From Takakia lepidozioides (lineage: Eukaryota > Plantae > Bryophyta), in contig CM060731.1 in NCBI GenBank assembly GCA_030704615.1, positions 66,030,001-66,094,000 of the forward strand: a DNA stretch of 64,000 nt. The letters run 5' to 3'. Both the position numbers and the translations under genes were made by a program. The notes beneath the pieces were generated by a model, which saw nothing but the letters and a program-made list of their open reading frames with translations, was not told where the DNA came from and searched no databases. Below, one piece after another: positions 37,100-48,822 of this stretch (within the stretch, counting starts at the first letter, position 1; each line of letters begins with the position of its first letter).

Positions 37100-40010
37100 C
37101 AATGTGAAAGACTGTGGAAGTCTTGTCTGTCGACTTGCTTCCCCCCTTTATGGATCAAAATCCACATCTGCTCCTCTTGGCTCAGGAGCACGCGTTGCTG
37201 CTCGAGTGACAGCAGCTGCAGAGTCCACATGCAATATTGGTCCTGCAAGTGCGGCTCCACACATGAAGCCCATACCAATCTGGTCTTCCCTAGGCATAAG
37301 AGGTTGTGCAGGTGGAGCTTGAACCTCAGGCCTTGGAGCTGGCTCAACATGCGTAGTGGCCATGGTAGCAAGACGTTGCTCTAGCTGGGCAAGCCTATCC
37401 ACCATGCCTTAGTCATGACCTTGACCTTGACCTTGTGTTCCCTGGTTTTGATTACAACCTCCACCGCGACCTCTGCCTCCTCTACCTCTCTGGACTACAT
37501 TGACTCGTCCTCGGCCACCATTGTTCCCTTGGAACTGGCCTGGCCGTAGCTCAGGATGCAAGTCATAACAATGGGCTTCTTCATGCCCATACTTGCCACA
37601 ATGCCCATACTGTAGTTGTGTAGGTTGTGCCTATGCCGACCCTTTGCCTCTCTCCGGGCAATCTCTCTTAACATGGGGTCCTCCACAATCCCAACATGTC
37701 ACACCCGACTGTTGTTGGCCTAAGAATGAAGGAAGTGACCTCTGCAATTGAGATCCTCTCTGTCCTTCCCTGGGTTTCGTCTGAGCCCCCTTGTTGCCTT
37801 GAGCACGTTGGGGTAGTGGTTGTTGTTGGCTAGGAGACCCACTTCGTTGTGTCTTCTTACCAAACCCCACCATGACTACTCGTTCCTCCACCATATTGAG
37901 CTCTATCTGCTCTGCTAGCAAAACACTACTACGTTTAGGGGGGGGTTAGCGACGCCAGGACCCTCTTGCGACTGCAGCGTCGCACAGGCGCCCGACTCGG
38001 GACTTGCGACGTCGGGGCGTCATAACGTCGATGCTCGGACGACGTTGTGGCATCTTGCGATGCCCTGCCGTCGTCGGAAAGGGGCCTGATCCCATCCTCC
38101 GCCAACGTACTGGGGGGGGTTGCGACGCCGGGGAATCACAACGAGACGTCGCAGCGACGCTTTTGCGACGGCCGGGCGCTCCTGCGGGGAACCGCAATGC
38201 CCGGGATTTTTTTTTTTTTTTTTTTTTCACGATTCCCCGCCGTTGTAGGAACGCCCGGCCGTCGCTGGGGCTGCGGCGCTGCGATTCCCCGGCGTCCTGG
38301 GGGCGTCGCGGAAAATTGATTCTGGGAGTAGATTGTAGAGCATAATGGGTTTGGCATCCTCAGACTATAGCCATTGTCCAACAAAAAGTTGCAATGCAGC
38401 TTTGCAAAACTTAGATATTTGTTCTTGAAGAACTCTGGGGACAAGTCTCGGTGCAAGTTCCAGCTGTGCGAGCTCATGTAGAATACGCATAATCTGCAAC
38501 ACAATGATAGGATTGAGATAGTGGTAGTCACTAGGAGCTAACTTTTGATATGTATATATATACTTGGACTGCTTTTGTGATACATAGATGTATTGTAGAT
38601 TTGTTGGTTAGTGTGCAGTGTCTTAGAAATGTTATAATGTGGAGGTCCTAGGTTCAAATATGCATTGCCTAATATATGTAGAACAATGCATGAACTGCCA
38701 TTGGACAAAACCGGAGTCAATGGTCAACGCCGAGTCAATGATCAACTAGTTTTTGAAAATTAAAATTAAAATTAAAATTAAAATTCAAAATTTCCCACCT
38801 CAATTCAAATGTACCCCCCTACTGTGACGTCGGGGGGTCGCATTTACGACCCCCGGACGTCCCTAATGCGACGTTGCAGAAAATAAAAATAAAAAATAAA
38901 AATAAATAAAAATATATTTTGACTCCCGGACGTCGCAAGTCGCGCCGGTGCCGCGAACGGGGGTCCTGGGGGGTTTGCGATTCCCCGACGACGCTAATTA
39001 GCGACGTTCCAGGAGCGACGTTTCTGCGACTTCCCGACGTCGCAAAATGCCACCGGCGCGCCTCTGACCTCATAAAGTATTTCCGTCGCTAACTGTGGCG
39101 GTTGGAGGTTGCTGGGGCATCGCTAAACCCCCCCAAACGTAGTAGTGAAAATACGTTTGCTAAGGTAGGTTGGTCCACTTCTAGGAGAGTTGCATCCCGC
39201 ATCTTTCTCATCAGCTCCTTGTCTAATATCCCATATCAGAATTGGACTGCTTGAGCTTCCGTAACCCCTTGGGTCACATTTATCAATCGCCTCATGCGCG
39301 TGTAAGCCTCTCTCAAACTCTCAGTAGGCCTCCGCTGGAACTCTTGCAAGCTCCGCAACTTCTCTGTCCTTATTTTCTGGTAGTTTCTCCTTAACTCCTC
39401 GAAGAATTCCACAACTGGGTTAAAGGCAGGTATGAGTGCTGGTGCTGCAGCAGGAGTGTGAGTGGATTTCCGAGCTCCATCTTTACTTGTCCCACTACTA
39501 GTGCTTGCAGTTGGGGATGTTGATGTAGCTGCTGGTGTCGCCGCTGCCCTTGTGCATCTAGTGATGAAGATATAGTTAGGTGACCAATATTGTCGCCACT
39601 CCTCAATTTCCCTGCCTAAACTCATGGTAGTAATCCATAGGCGGCCCTTTAAGGTGCTGAAATAGCCCCTTCCACGCCATAAAAGACGTAAACAGTTGTG
39701 GATTGCGCATCTGCTGCAAATCACACCAACTATCAAACTCTTGTATGAAATCATCAAGCTCGATGGTGCCCACAGCTCCCGAGTACCGACGTGGTCCCTT
39801 GGTAGCTCCATACATTTCCTCCACCGTATCCCACAACAATGGCACGAAAATGGCTTGCACCCTCGGCGAGAATCCTCTTAACTCTGAGTCTCAACTTTCC
39901 TCAGAAGACACTGAAGATGAAGGTGGCCTAAACCGCACACATCGTCTTGTATACCCACTAGTATTGTTGATGCTCGTACCGGCACTCTCCTCAGCAACTG
40001 GTGGCACCTC
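37100..40010 (-). pseudogene. Gag with two CCHC-type zinc knuckles (copy 2), split by a CACTA insertion
   Basis: LQEFQRRPTESLREAYTRMRRL; CWDCGGPHVKRDC (~37660-37700); a second degenerate knuckle YGHCGKYGHEEAHC (~37570-37612). Confidence 0.82.
37924..39147. mobile_element. Non-autonomous CACTA element (1224 bp), AAA TSD
   Basis: ~30-bp TIR CACTACTACGTTT-G-run-TTAGCGA(C/T)GCC. AAA at 37921-37923 and 39148-39150. Removing the element plus one AAA restores colinearity with copy 1 (tgctagcaaaaa-ac-tttgctaagg). CGACG-rich subterminal repeats. Confidence 0.95.
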
Positions 40011-40784
40011 CGTGATAAAAACTCACACTCAAACCGGCTATCAACTCGTCTATAATCCTCTTTTCCACAAGGTAACTGGGTAGAGAACCTGTTGCGGCTT
40101 ATGGTTTGGAATATTAGGTTCTTATTCTGAACCTGCACCTGCATCCACCGCAGGCGCTTTTATGGTCTGCTGGTCATCAACCCAGCCTCACCATAAGAGA
40201 AACAATGATGGTCTGTTGGTCATCACCCCAACATCACCACCGACAGCACGCTCTAGGATTGGCCGGCCACAATATTTCCGGCACAACCACCTATAAAAGC
40301 AAGCGCCCAAACCAAACTAGCATGACGCACAGTCAAGCATGCATGTGTGGGAGGAGGATCCAAACACAGGAAACTCAAACAACAACACCTCCCACAACTT
40401 AAATCAATCGATCTCCTTGCGGCTTCAATAAACCTGCAAGATGGCCAAGTCTCTATCCAAACTAGCTCTGCCTCCACTTACGGAAAAGCTTTGGCCTACA
40501 AGAATGATGGAAGACTATAGAGAAGGGAAGCTAAAGCAATCTCTAAGCCCAGAATGCTCTCATCCCATTACTCCCCCTATCGTCATACTCACACTTGCTC
40601 AAGCAATAGATAAGACTATCCTTAAAGAACCTCTCAAATAACTCTCAAGAGCCCTCAAATTATTGTCATGAACTTCTGAAATCTGCCCTCAATCAGCCCC
40701 TCACATAGACCCACCGAGGTTCAAGAAGTTCGCAAACTTGGACTCCAAACAGTCCACCAAAAGGCCCTAGGCGCCCGCCAATTA

Positions 40785-41270
40785 GTGGCCTCCAAGGTCT
40801 CCAACCAGCCCTCACGATGGCTCTACAAGCCTGCCCAATATGGCCTCCAAGGACCTCCAACAGTCCTCCAACAGCCCTTAAGAAGCTCCTCAAATCTGCC
40901 AAGTATTGGCCTCCAAGGACCTCCAACAGTCCTCCAACAGCCCTTAAGAAGCTCCTCAAATTTGCCAAGTATTGGCCTCCAAGGACCTCCAATCGTCCTC
41001 CAACCAGCCCTCACAAGGCTCCATAGGCCTGGAAAACATTGGCCTCAAATGACCTCAAATAGTCTTTCAAACAGCCCCAAGCAGACTCCACAAGCCTGCA
41101 AGACATTGGCTTCAATAGACTCCAAATAGTCCTCAAACAGGCCCCAATACCTGCAAGATATTGGCCTCAATAGACCCCAAATAGTCCTCAAGCTGGCCCC
41201 AATACCTGCAAGATATTGGCCTCAATAGACCCCAAATAGTTCTCAAAGCAGGCCCCAGAAGGCTCCAAAA
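40785..41270. repeat. 63-bp and ~53-bp tandem repeats in the copy 2 leader
   Basis: ggcctccaaggacctccaacagtcctccaacagcccttaagaagctcctcaaat-tgccaagtatt repeats near-perfectly; it is followed by ctgcaagatattggcctcaatagaccccaaatagt units. Confidence 0.9.
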
Positions 41271-41289
41271 ATATCCATAGTCAGTCGAT

Positions 41290-41750
41290 TTTTCATCCGT
41301 CACTGACCAAATTTCATCCAAAACCGCAATTTCTCATCCGCAGGTTCGATACTTCATCCGCCACGATAGTTCATCCGTCAGTGCAATATTTCATCCGTTG
41401 GCACGATTTCATCCACTGGCGCAGTTTCATCCGTTGCCGCGATTTTTCATCCGATGGCACGATAGTTCATCCGCTGCAACGATTTCATCCGCTGATGCAG
41501 TTTCATCTGTCGCCGCGATTTTTCATCCGATAGCGCGATAGTTCATCCGCTGACGAGATTTCATCCGCTGACGCAGTTTCATCCACTACAACCGATTCTC
41601 ATCCAAGAGCGCCGATTCTCATCCACTGGCTCAATAGTTCATCCGATTGGACAATGGTGGTGTTCCCAACTTTGGGGCAATGTTCCCACGCGTTCCCATA
41701 TGTTCCCACGAGTTCCCAAAGAGTTCACATGCGTTCCCACGCGTTCCCAA
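41290..41750. repeat. TTCATCCG minisatellite (~17-21 bp period) followed by GTTCCCA units
   Basis: Roughly 18 TCATCC(G) cores between 41291 and 41646. Confidence 0.9.
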
Positions 41751-42492
41751 GCTAGGGTTTGCGCCGCTTTGCCTCTACAATTTCTGCAACGAGCTATGGC
41801 TTCTATAGGCAACCAGAGGTGTTGTTCTGTTTCTTGAGCATCAATAGACCACCAAGAGTGTCTCTAACTCCCTGAGCAAGCTATTTGCCACACAACAAGC
41901 TCTCTTTCTCTATAGAACTTATTGAAACAAGCATAGAACAAGCTATTGAGCTTTCTATGACATACCCTCTTCTAGCCATCGCATGCACTCATAGTGCTTC
42001 CTTCCATGGCCATAGTGCACCTCTTAGAGCTCTTAATCTAGCCCTGCACTTGCCACTTCCATAGACATGCTCTCCCCAAGCTTGGGATTGAAACCCCAAC
42101 TCAAAGCATGCTCTACAAATACACTATTCTGCCCCAAAGAGAAATCAGATGTCTACCTCCACTCATAGCTCTCCTAAGCTTGAAGTTGAAGATTCCCACA
42201 AGCTGAAACCATGTTTCACACATGCACCGCTTGCTTCCTTAACATCCGAGCTCTTCTTGAACTCCTCAAACCCTGCAACACTTGCAGAACAAGAGCTTCT
42301 TCATAAGCTCTCAAACTTAAAATGGGGCTCTTCTTGAAGACCTCCTCTTGTACATAAATACCACAAGGCTTTCCTCTTGCAAACCCTGCAACACCTTGTA
42401 ACTTAAGAGCTATCTACCAAGCTCTCTTCCACACACAAGTGCTAACTATGCTAACACCTTGCACTCATAGATGTAAGCAGGTCTTCTTCTAG

Positions 42493-42840
42493 TGATACAG
42501 AAATGGTGAAAAGAGGAGAAACCACTCTATCACGTTATATAAGTCAAGCCAATGGCACCTTTGCTAAAGGACTCCACCATACAGATCTCATCCACTCTCC
42601 ATCTCAAGAACTAGAGCTATGGCGGCGAGAGAGGCCTCGGGAGGCTCGACTAGAAGAAGACGAGTCTGCCTACGTCTCACGTGGAGATAACCTCCCCACG
42701 TCCCAAGTGAGATTCGCCACCTCACTTGGCACATGGAACCAAATGAAGTCCCAATGCCAACAAAATACAAATATAAATGTATAATGTCCTAATTAGTTAG
42801 AAATAACTATTTTTAACTAATCACAAACAAAACAATGACA
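42493..42840 (-). repeat. Terminal repeat A1 (348 bp), 5' end of copy 2
   Basis: Direct repeat of 29937-30267; begins TGTCA on the minus strand. Confidence 0.95.
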
Positions 42841-45013
42841 CCCCAAAACAACAATGAAAAATCTTTCAACCAAAATGCCTTGTAATATCTTAGTTCCTTC
42901 CAATAGTTTCAACTAAGTTTTTCTACATGCTTTAAGAAACTGTCCATCTATGGATTGTATTCCCATTTGCAAAACAGATTACCTCTATCACTATGGATTA
43001 TGCTCACTCGGTCAATTTCTTTTTTCTGGTTCACTTGAGCACAATGTTCATGCGTTACCAACTTGATTCTCCATTTCTTGCTATCAAGCTTGATCTTTCC
43101 TTTGAAACCTACAAATTTTATTCCGTGCAACAACTATGTAGTGATCACCTTCACGTTAGCGTACCAATGGATTGATGGAACTGGGATGAACTTCCTTGAA
43201 TATCATCAATATAAAAATATAAATATAAGAATAAATCTATTTGTGAGAAAACCAATTTCTAATGAATATCGGAGGAAAATAAAATCCCTTGAGTCCCATA
43301 AGGCGACTCGAACACGACAAACCCCTAACAACAGTTGAATTCAATTGCCGGCCAAGATTTTTTAGTTAGAGAGGATGGCGCCTTACAGGGAGGAATTTTC
43401 ACGCAGGTGAGCATGGCACTTTACGCCGCGTAAGGTTCCTCCTCTCCTCTAGAGGAAGGCACTTTACGTCGGGTAAGGTTCCTGCTCTTGTGAGCCGTCC
43501 GATTTAGATGATCCCAGCCGTTGATGTTAAAGGAAATCCTTGGCTGTGTCTTTACGCCGGGTAAGGCCCTCGGATGGGGGCCTTCCTGAAACTGGGGCCC
43601 GCACTCGGCTACCGTGGCGGGCCCCTTATTTCAGGAAGGCCTCAGGGCCTTACCCTACACTAAAAATAAATACTTTCATTGGGGGTATCATTCTTTCTTG
43701 TTGAGTATGTATCTGTTTATTGGCTGTCCCTTTAGGACACAAACTTTGCATCGTGTTGGAGTCATGGAGAAAATGTGGTCAACCGACCTTACACCGTGTC
43801 AAGAGTATGATTGGTCTAAGAAAGCTATTAACTGTAAACCATCGTTGCAGCTTGTCAAAATTGTTGCTTCAATGGACAAAGCCTCTCGCGGTTTGCGGCT
43901 TTGTTTTTGTTTCCAGAGGGAGAAGACTCCGGCCATAGCCGTCCTAGCTAATAAGAGCCACTTCACCTTCCGGCCATGACCAGATTTGAAGAGAGACAAA
44001 AAAGGAATCCCAACGTTCCTGAGTTGTAATCCAGCTTTTTCTCATCCTGAAGTAGAGATCCCTTTTCACACTTACATTTTCAAGGATGTTTTCACACTGT
44101 GATCAAATCCTGTCTCTTAGACCATACCTTTGAGAAAAGCATGACTAAATCCTGATTCCCACATCAGTACCCACCTTCTGTTTTGGTGGAACTGCAGTGT
44201 GGAAAGAGTGTGATAAAAACCAGCAGGCAGGTGAGTGGTCAATGAGATGGAGAGGACGGAGGACACGGAAGGATCTGATGTGGTGGCCTGCCGCCTCCAG
44301 ACTTACAGTGGGGCCAGGCCCAGGGTGCAGGAGCTGTGATGAGCGGAACCCACAATGGGTCTGCACACGAGAGGCATGGTGGCTCCAAGTCAAGTCCATT
44401 GTGGCAGCCAATTCACATCGTAGGAAGACGGATTTGGTCTACATGGGCACATTTCTGTGTGCGTATATTAGGCTAGCCATGTACTGGAGGAGCATGCATG
44501 ATGTTGCCATCTGATTGCTGCTGCTCAGTAGCTTGCTTGCAGTTCACCTGCAGATTCTTTCTGGACTGTAACGAGTTAGAGCCATAGCAGACAGCAAGTG
44601 CGATTTTTTCTCCAATTGGCAGGCAATGCTGTGATGGGGACGTTCGCACAGACGATGGATGTGTTTCGGACGGCGTCGTGATTCTTTGCTTGTACTGACC
44701 GGTGTGGATATTGGAAATCGTTCGCAAGGTGTGCAGCTGCCTAATTGTATGTGTCACTGTAATAATACTCGTTTCGCTATCTCGATAACCTCCATGCAGG
44801 CAGAATCTCAAAATTCCCTTGCAATTTTGTTTATGAGGGAAGTTTTGCTCTCATCTGTCGGAGTGGAAGATTGCAAATTGTTGGGGCGGAGTCTTCGAGG
44901 TTTTAGATTGACTGGTATGGGACCAGCTCGAGGGATGTTATGTGCGTGAAATAGTGCGGTTCCTGTTGCAGGGAATTTATCGGCTGTCTCATTCCTCTGC
45001 ACGGAAGTAAACG

Positions 45014-48000
45014 ATGGGGGCGCATTCGCAATCAGATGTGAAGGGACGTGATTCTAAGGTATGTATGAGAGGAGAAGAAATGAATGAACTGAAATGGTAC
45101 TTTATAACGTCCGTGGGGTCAAAGAGCGTATGGGACAAGAGGAAGAAAGGAAGAAAGAAATGGAGGAACTGTATAAATTCACAAAGAGCTCATGAGACAA
45201 AGGAAGAGAGCAAAAGAGAAAAGTGGGGCTCCCAACAACTAGCTACTACAACTAAAAAACTTGAGTGATTCCTTATTGTGGAACAAGAGAGAGAGCTTTT
45301 GTGGCCCATATCCTTTTCCAACATTTTTTGAACTATAAAGGGTGTTTGAGACTGAGAAACAGATACATCGTGAAGGTATTTCTAATGGCAAACTGCTTGT
45401 TTGTTTTTTGGCTTTCTATCCTGGTATTGTGCCAGAGTGCGAGGCTTGAAAAGAGAAATTCAGTGCAGATAGCTCTAGAAGAGATAGGACGCAAGGGGAT
45501 TTCCTTATTATGCATACCAACAGACAGCTGCTACTTTCTGCCAATTTTTTTATTTGCTCTTGTGGAGGTCCAATAATTTACTACCACATTGAAGGTGACA
45601 CCACTAATGACCATCAGACCATGTTTGCTACATAATTGTCTGTGACATGAAGGTGGGAACAAAGGAGAGAAGCTGATGATGTGATGACTTGATGTTGGGG
45701 CAGGGTCATTTCATGGCATGTGTGATATGCTGGTTTCTAGGGGCTGCGTTCTTGTTTCCATGGAATGCTCTTCTTACTGTGGAAGATTATTATTATGCGA
45801 TCTTTCCTGTAAGTTACATTCCAACCTTTCTCTGAGACAAGTGTACCTGACAAACTTCATGCAGATTGGATATTTCCTAGTGTTTTACTTCCAAAGTGGC
45901 ATAATTTTCTCAAAAACAATGTTTGTCTCAATCTGCCGTAGGTACCGTGGCAGGTGTGAGGTTCTTGATGTTGAACTGAATACTTCTATGTGTGGATTAG
46001 AGATGGGTCTGACTGGAAAGGGGGCTTGAGCAGAAGGACCACCCGTCAAGGGTATTCACGCTCATATATCAACCGGTAGCGCTGGTGACAACATGTATTT
46101 TCACATGGTATGAGGCACGGTGCAGCACTCGGTTGCGGGTCCTGGCTGGCTTCTCTTTGTTCTTTGTCATGATGCTCATGCTTCCTATTGTAAGTGCCCA
46201 TCTTGATCATGCATCTCTCTTGACCACTATCACAGCACAGTCAGCAGATCCTTAGAAAGGACCCAACATTGGCACTAACCAATGCAAGGCTAGACTAGTA
46301 GAATCGACTGAAATATGAGACTAAAAGGAAGACATCACTAACCAATGCTAGGCTAGAGTAGACTAGAGTAGACACAAATACCAGACAGCCTAACCACTGT
46401 GTGTTGGGTGGGCAGTTGGATCTGGCAACCTCAGGACGGGGGGGCATAGGGGCATTCATTGGTGTATGTTTCATTATTGTTGGCCTTGGAATTGCTGATG
46501 GCGTTGCCCAAGGTGCACTTGTTGGAGACCTGTCTTTAATGGACCCAACTTATATTCAGGTGTGTTTGTATACTACAGTAGGGAAATGGTCTTAGTGATT
46601 CGTTACAGCTATTTGTTCTCTTCCTTCTCCAGTATCTTAGGGCCCAGGATGTTTCCCAAAACTTGTAGTACCGTGAATGTTTTCAGTAGCAAGCATTGCG
46701 CGAGTTGTGCTGGGTAAGCAGCTCTTGGCAACATCATGCTGTCCAAATTAAGTGTTAAAGGTTTGTGACCATTTAGCCCCTGGGCATGAGTAAAGGCCAC
46801 CCCTATACACTACTTGACCTATTTGTGCTGTACTTGTGGAGTCGCGAACATGGGTTTGCTGCAGGTGTAAGCTTTGTACAATTGCCAGTTCTGGCATGTC
46901 CTACCAATTGGTTTACCTTGTTTCCCTGTTTATGAAGGGGGTTGGGTGATGGATGCATAGGCATACTCAGGCGGGCTTGCGGCATCAGGAATAGCCACAT
47001 CTCTGCTACGAATGGTTACTAAAGTGGGTTTTGGAGATACAAATTCTGACCTCCGGAAAGGCGCCTGTAAGTGTTTGTATGCCTAAGCTTTGCTTCTCAT
47101 ACATGTGTGGAGTTGCTTGAGAGCATATGCTGTAGGTTTTGTAGGAGGCACAGGAAGGAATCAGCCACCATGTAATATGGCGCGTGTGCATGCATGCAGT
47201 GACCTTCTTTGGAATAGCTGCGGCCAGTGAACTGGTTGGTGTGGTGCTTTATGCGGTTGTGTTCCCACGTCTGCCAGTGGTAAAGGCATTCCGCCTTTCT
47301 GCATCGCAGCAGGGCTCCTTAACTGTTGCTGATGACCTGGCTGCTGGTGGTGTGCAAGGTGATCTCAAGGTGCTTCCGTGTTCCCTCGATAGCCTCATGG
47401 GATGTTTTTGAAAAAGCCAAGACTGATGTGGACCGTGGCGTTCGGGTTTCACTTGTTTTTCTGCTTTCTGTCTCTTTTCTTTCGTTTTTACTTCTGAGGG
47501 CTCACTCATGTATGGTTGTGAGGATGGCAGGATGCAGAAGCTGGTAAACCACCATCGCGGCTAAGCGTGATCCAGTTATCTAAACAGAATTGGGACTACT
47601 TGCTGGACATGGTGGTCATATATACATTATCGTTGTCTATCTTTCCAGGGTTTTTGTATGAAGACACTGGACATCACCATTTGGGCACATGGTAACACCA
47701 TATCTACCTCAATACCTTGCTTTCAGTTTTGGTGTAGGTGATCAGGCCAATTCAGAACCTGAAAATTCCTTGGCGGCCAATCCAAAATTACACCAACCAT
47801 GTGGCTAGCTGCTGGCATAAATCCATTTCCTTTGGTGGTAAGCTATGAAATTGTAAATGCATGCTATCATGTTTCTCATTAGCCTCAGTGTGCTGCCATA
47901 GCACTCTTTGTGAGTGACAAGCGAAGGTAAGTGCCAGCCAGTTGGGCAAGGGCTTTCCCTGAAGCTCTTGGGTCCTTGTTTGCTCCTGCCTTCAGCAATC

Positions 48001-48822
48001 ATATCTAATGGGTCCCTTGCGCGTCCCAAATTTCCTTGGGTTTTCCTTCCAAATAAATACTTGAGAGTTCAACACAGTAGAAGCCTTCCAGATTGTAATA
48101 TGAATGGTGATGCCGATGCTATAAAGCTCAGAATGCAGAAGTCTAAGTGCGTTTTAGGGCTGTGGGTCATAAACATCTGATGCCTTTCTTAGCCACCTTT
48201 TTATTGATAGTTTGTTCTGCCAGGCCTTCCCCATTCTCCACATGACAGATGAGCCGGTACTAATTGGGGAAGGGATGGATGGTGATAGGTATGCACTGGT
48301 GCTTATCGCATTGTATAATGCTGGGGACTTCGTAGGCCGTTACTTTCCCCTTATCGATCGCTTGTTGCTGAAGTCACGACCATGGCTCACGTTTTCTTGC
48401 CTGGCTCGCGTTGCATTTATCCCTTGTTTCTATTTTACTGCCAAATATGGAGCTGAAGGGTGGATGCTGTTTCTGTGCCTCATGTTGGGTGTGACAAACG
48501 GATATCTCACTGTTTGTATCTTCATGACCGCTCCCAGGGGATATAATGTAAGTGAGATTTGTTGATTTTGATGCATTTCACCACAGACAGACTGTGTTTT
48601 GCTTCATTTCAAATGTTTCTTTTTGACCTTCTATGTGTGCCAGATCCAAGTTGTGTTGTCTCTCACTGCGTTTAAACTTAAAATATTCTGTGTTGTGGAA
48701 TGGTTGTGATGCAGGGTCCAGAGCAGAATGCGCTAGGCAATATTTTGGTGGTCTTCTTAATCACTGGCCTTTTTGCGGGGGTTACAGCAGATTGGCTGTG
48801 GCTGATTGGGAAAGGTTGGTAG
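45014..48822 (+). CDS. ENT3: Equilibrative nucleoside transporter, ENT3-like (9 coding exons, ~417 aa)
   Basis: Exons 45014-45058, 45704-45808, 46034-46189, 46416-46559, 46961-47066, 47200-47369, 47531-47691, 48289-48547 and 48715-48822 have GT-AG boundaries and join in frame (1254 nt). Motifs: FPWNALLTVEDYY, HPSRVFTLIYQP, LSIFPGFLYEDTG, GVTNGYLTVC, GPEQNALGN...WLWLIGKGW*. Confidence 0.93.

Larger units (their letters stand above)
29871..42840 (-). mobile_element. Gypsy-like retroelement copy 2 (DNMT + PHD) with split direct repeats; CCCC target-site duplication
   Basis: CCCC at 29867-29870 and 42841-42844. Termini TGTCGTG and ATGACA. Full domain series on the minus strand. Two nested CACTA insertions. 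Confidence 0.92.

Noticed and set aside
37946-39073. ORFs inside the 1224-bp CACTA element
   Set aside because: They arise from GC-rich subterminal repeats and a poly-T run, with no transposase motifs.
29937-42840. Conventional LTR pair formed by A1 and A2 alone
   Set aside because: The flanks of A2 (ACAA) and A1 (CCCC) do not match as a TSD, there is no PBS or PPT, and the CCCC duplication only appears when B2 is included.
17952-42840. DIRS/Ngaro tyrosine-recombinase element
   Set aside because: A DDE integrase and an aspartic protease are present, no tyrosine recombinase motifs are seen, and the methyltransferase has C5 (PCQ/ENV) motifs rather than the DIRS adenine-MTase type.
29668-43143. 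CACTA element enclosing copy 2
   Set aside because: Only 7 bp of terminal match and no TSD (TGG versus ATC).
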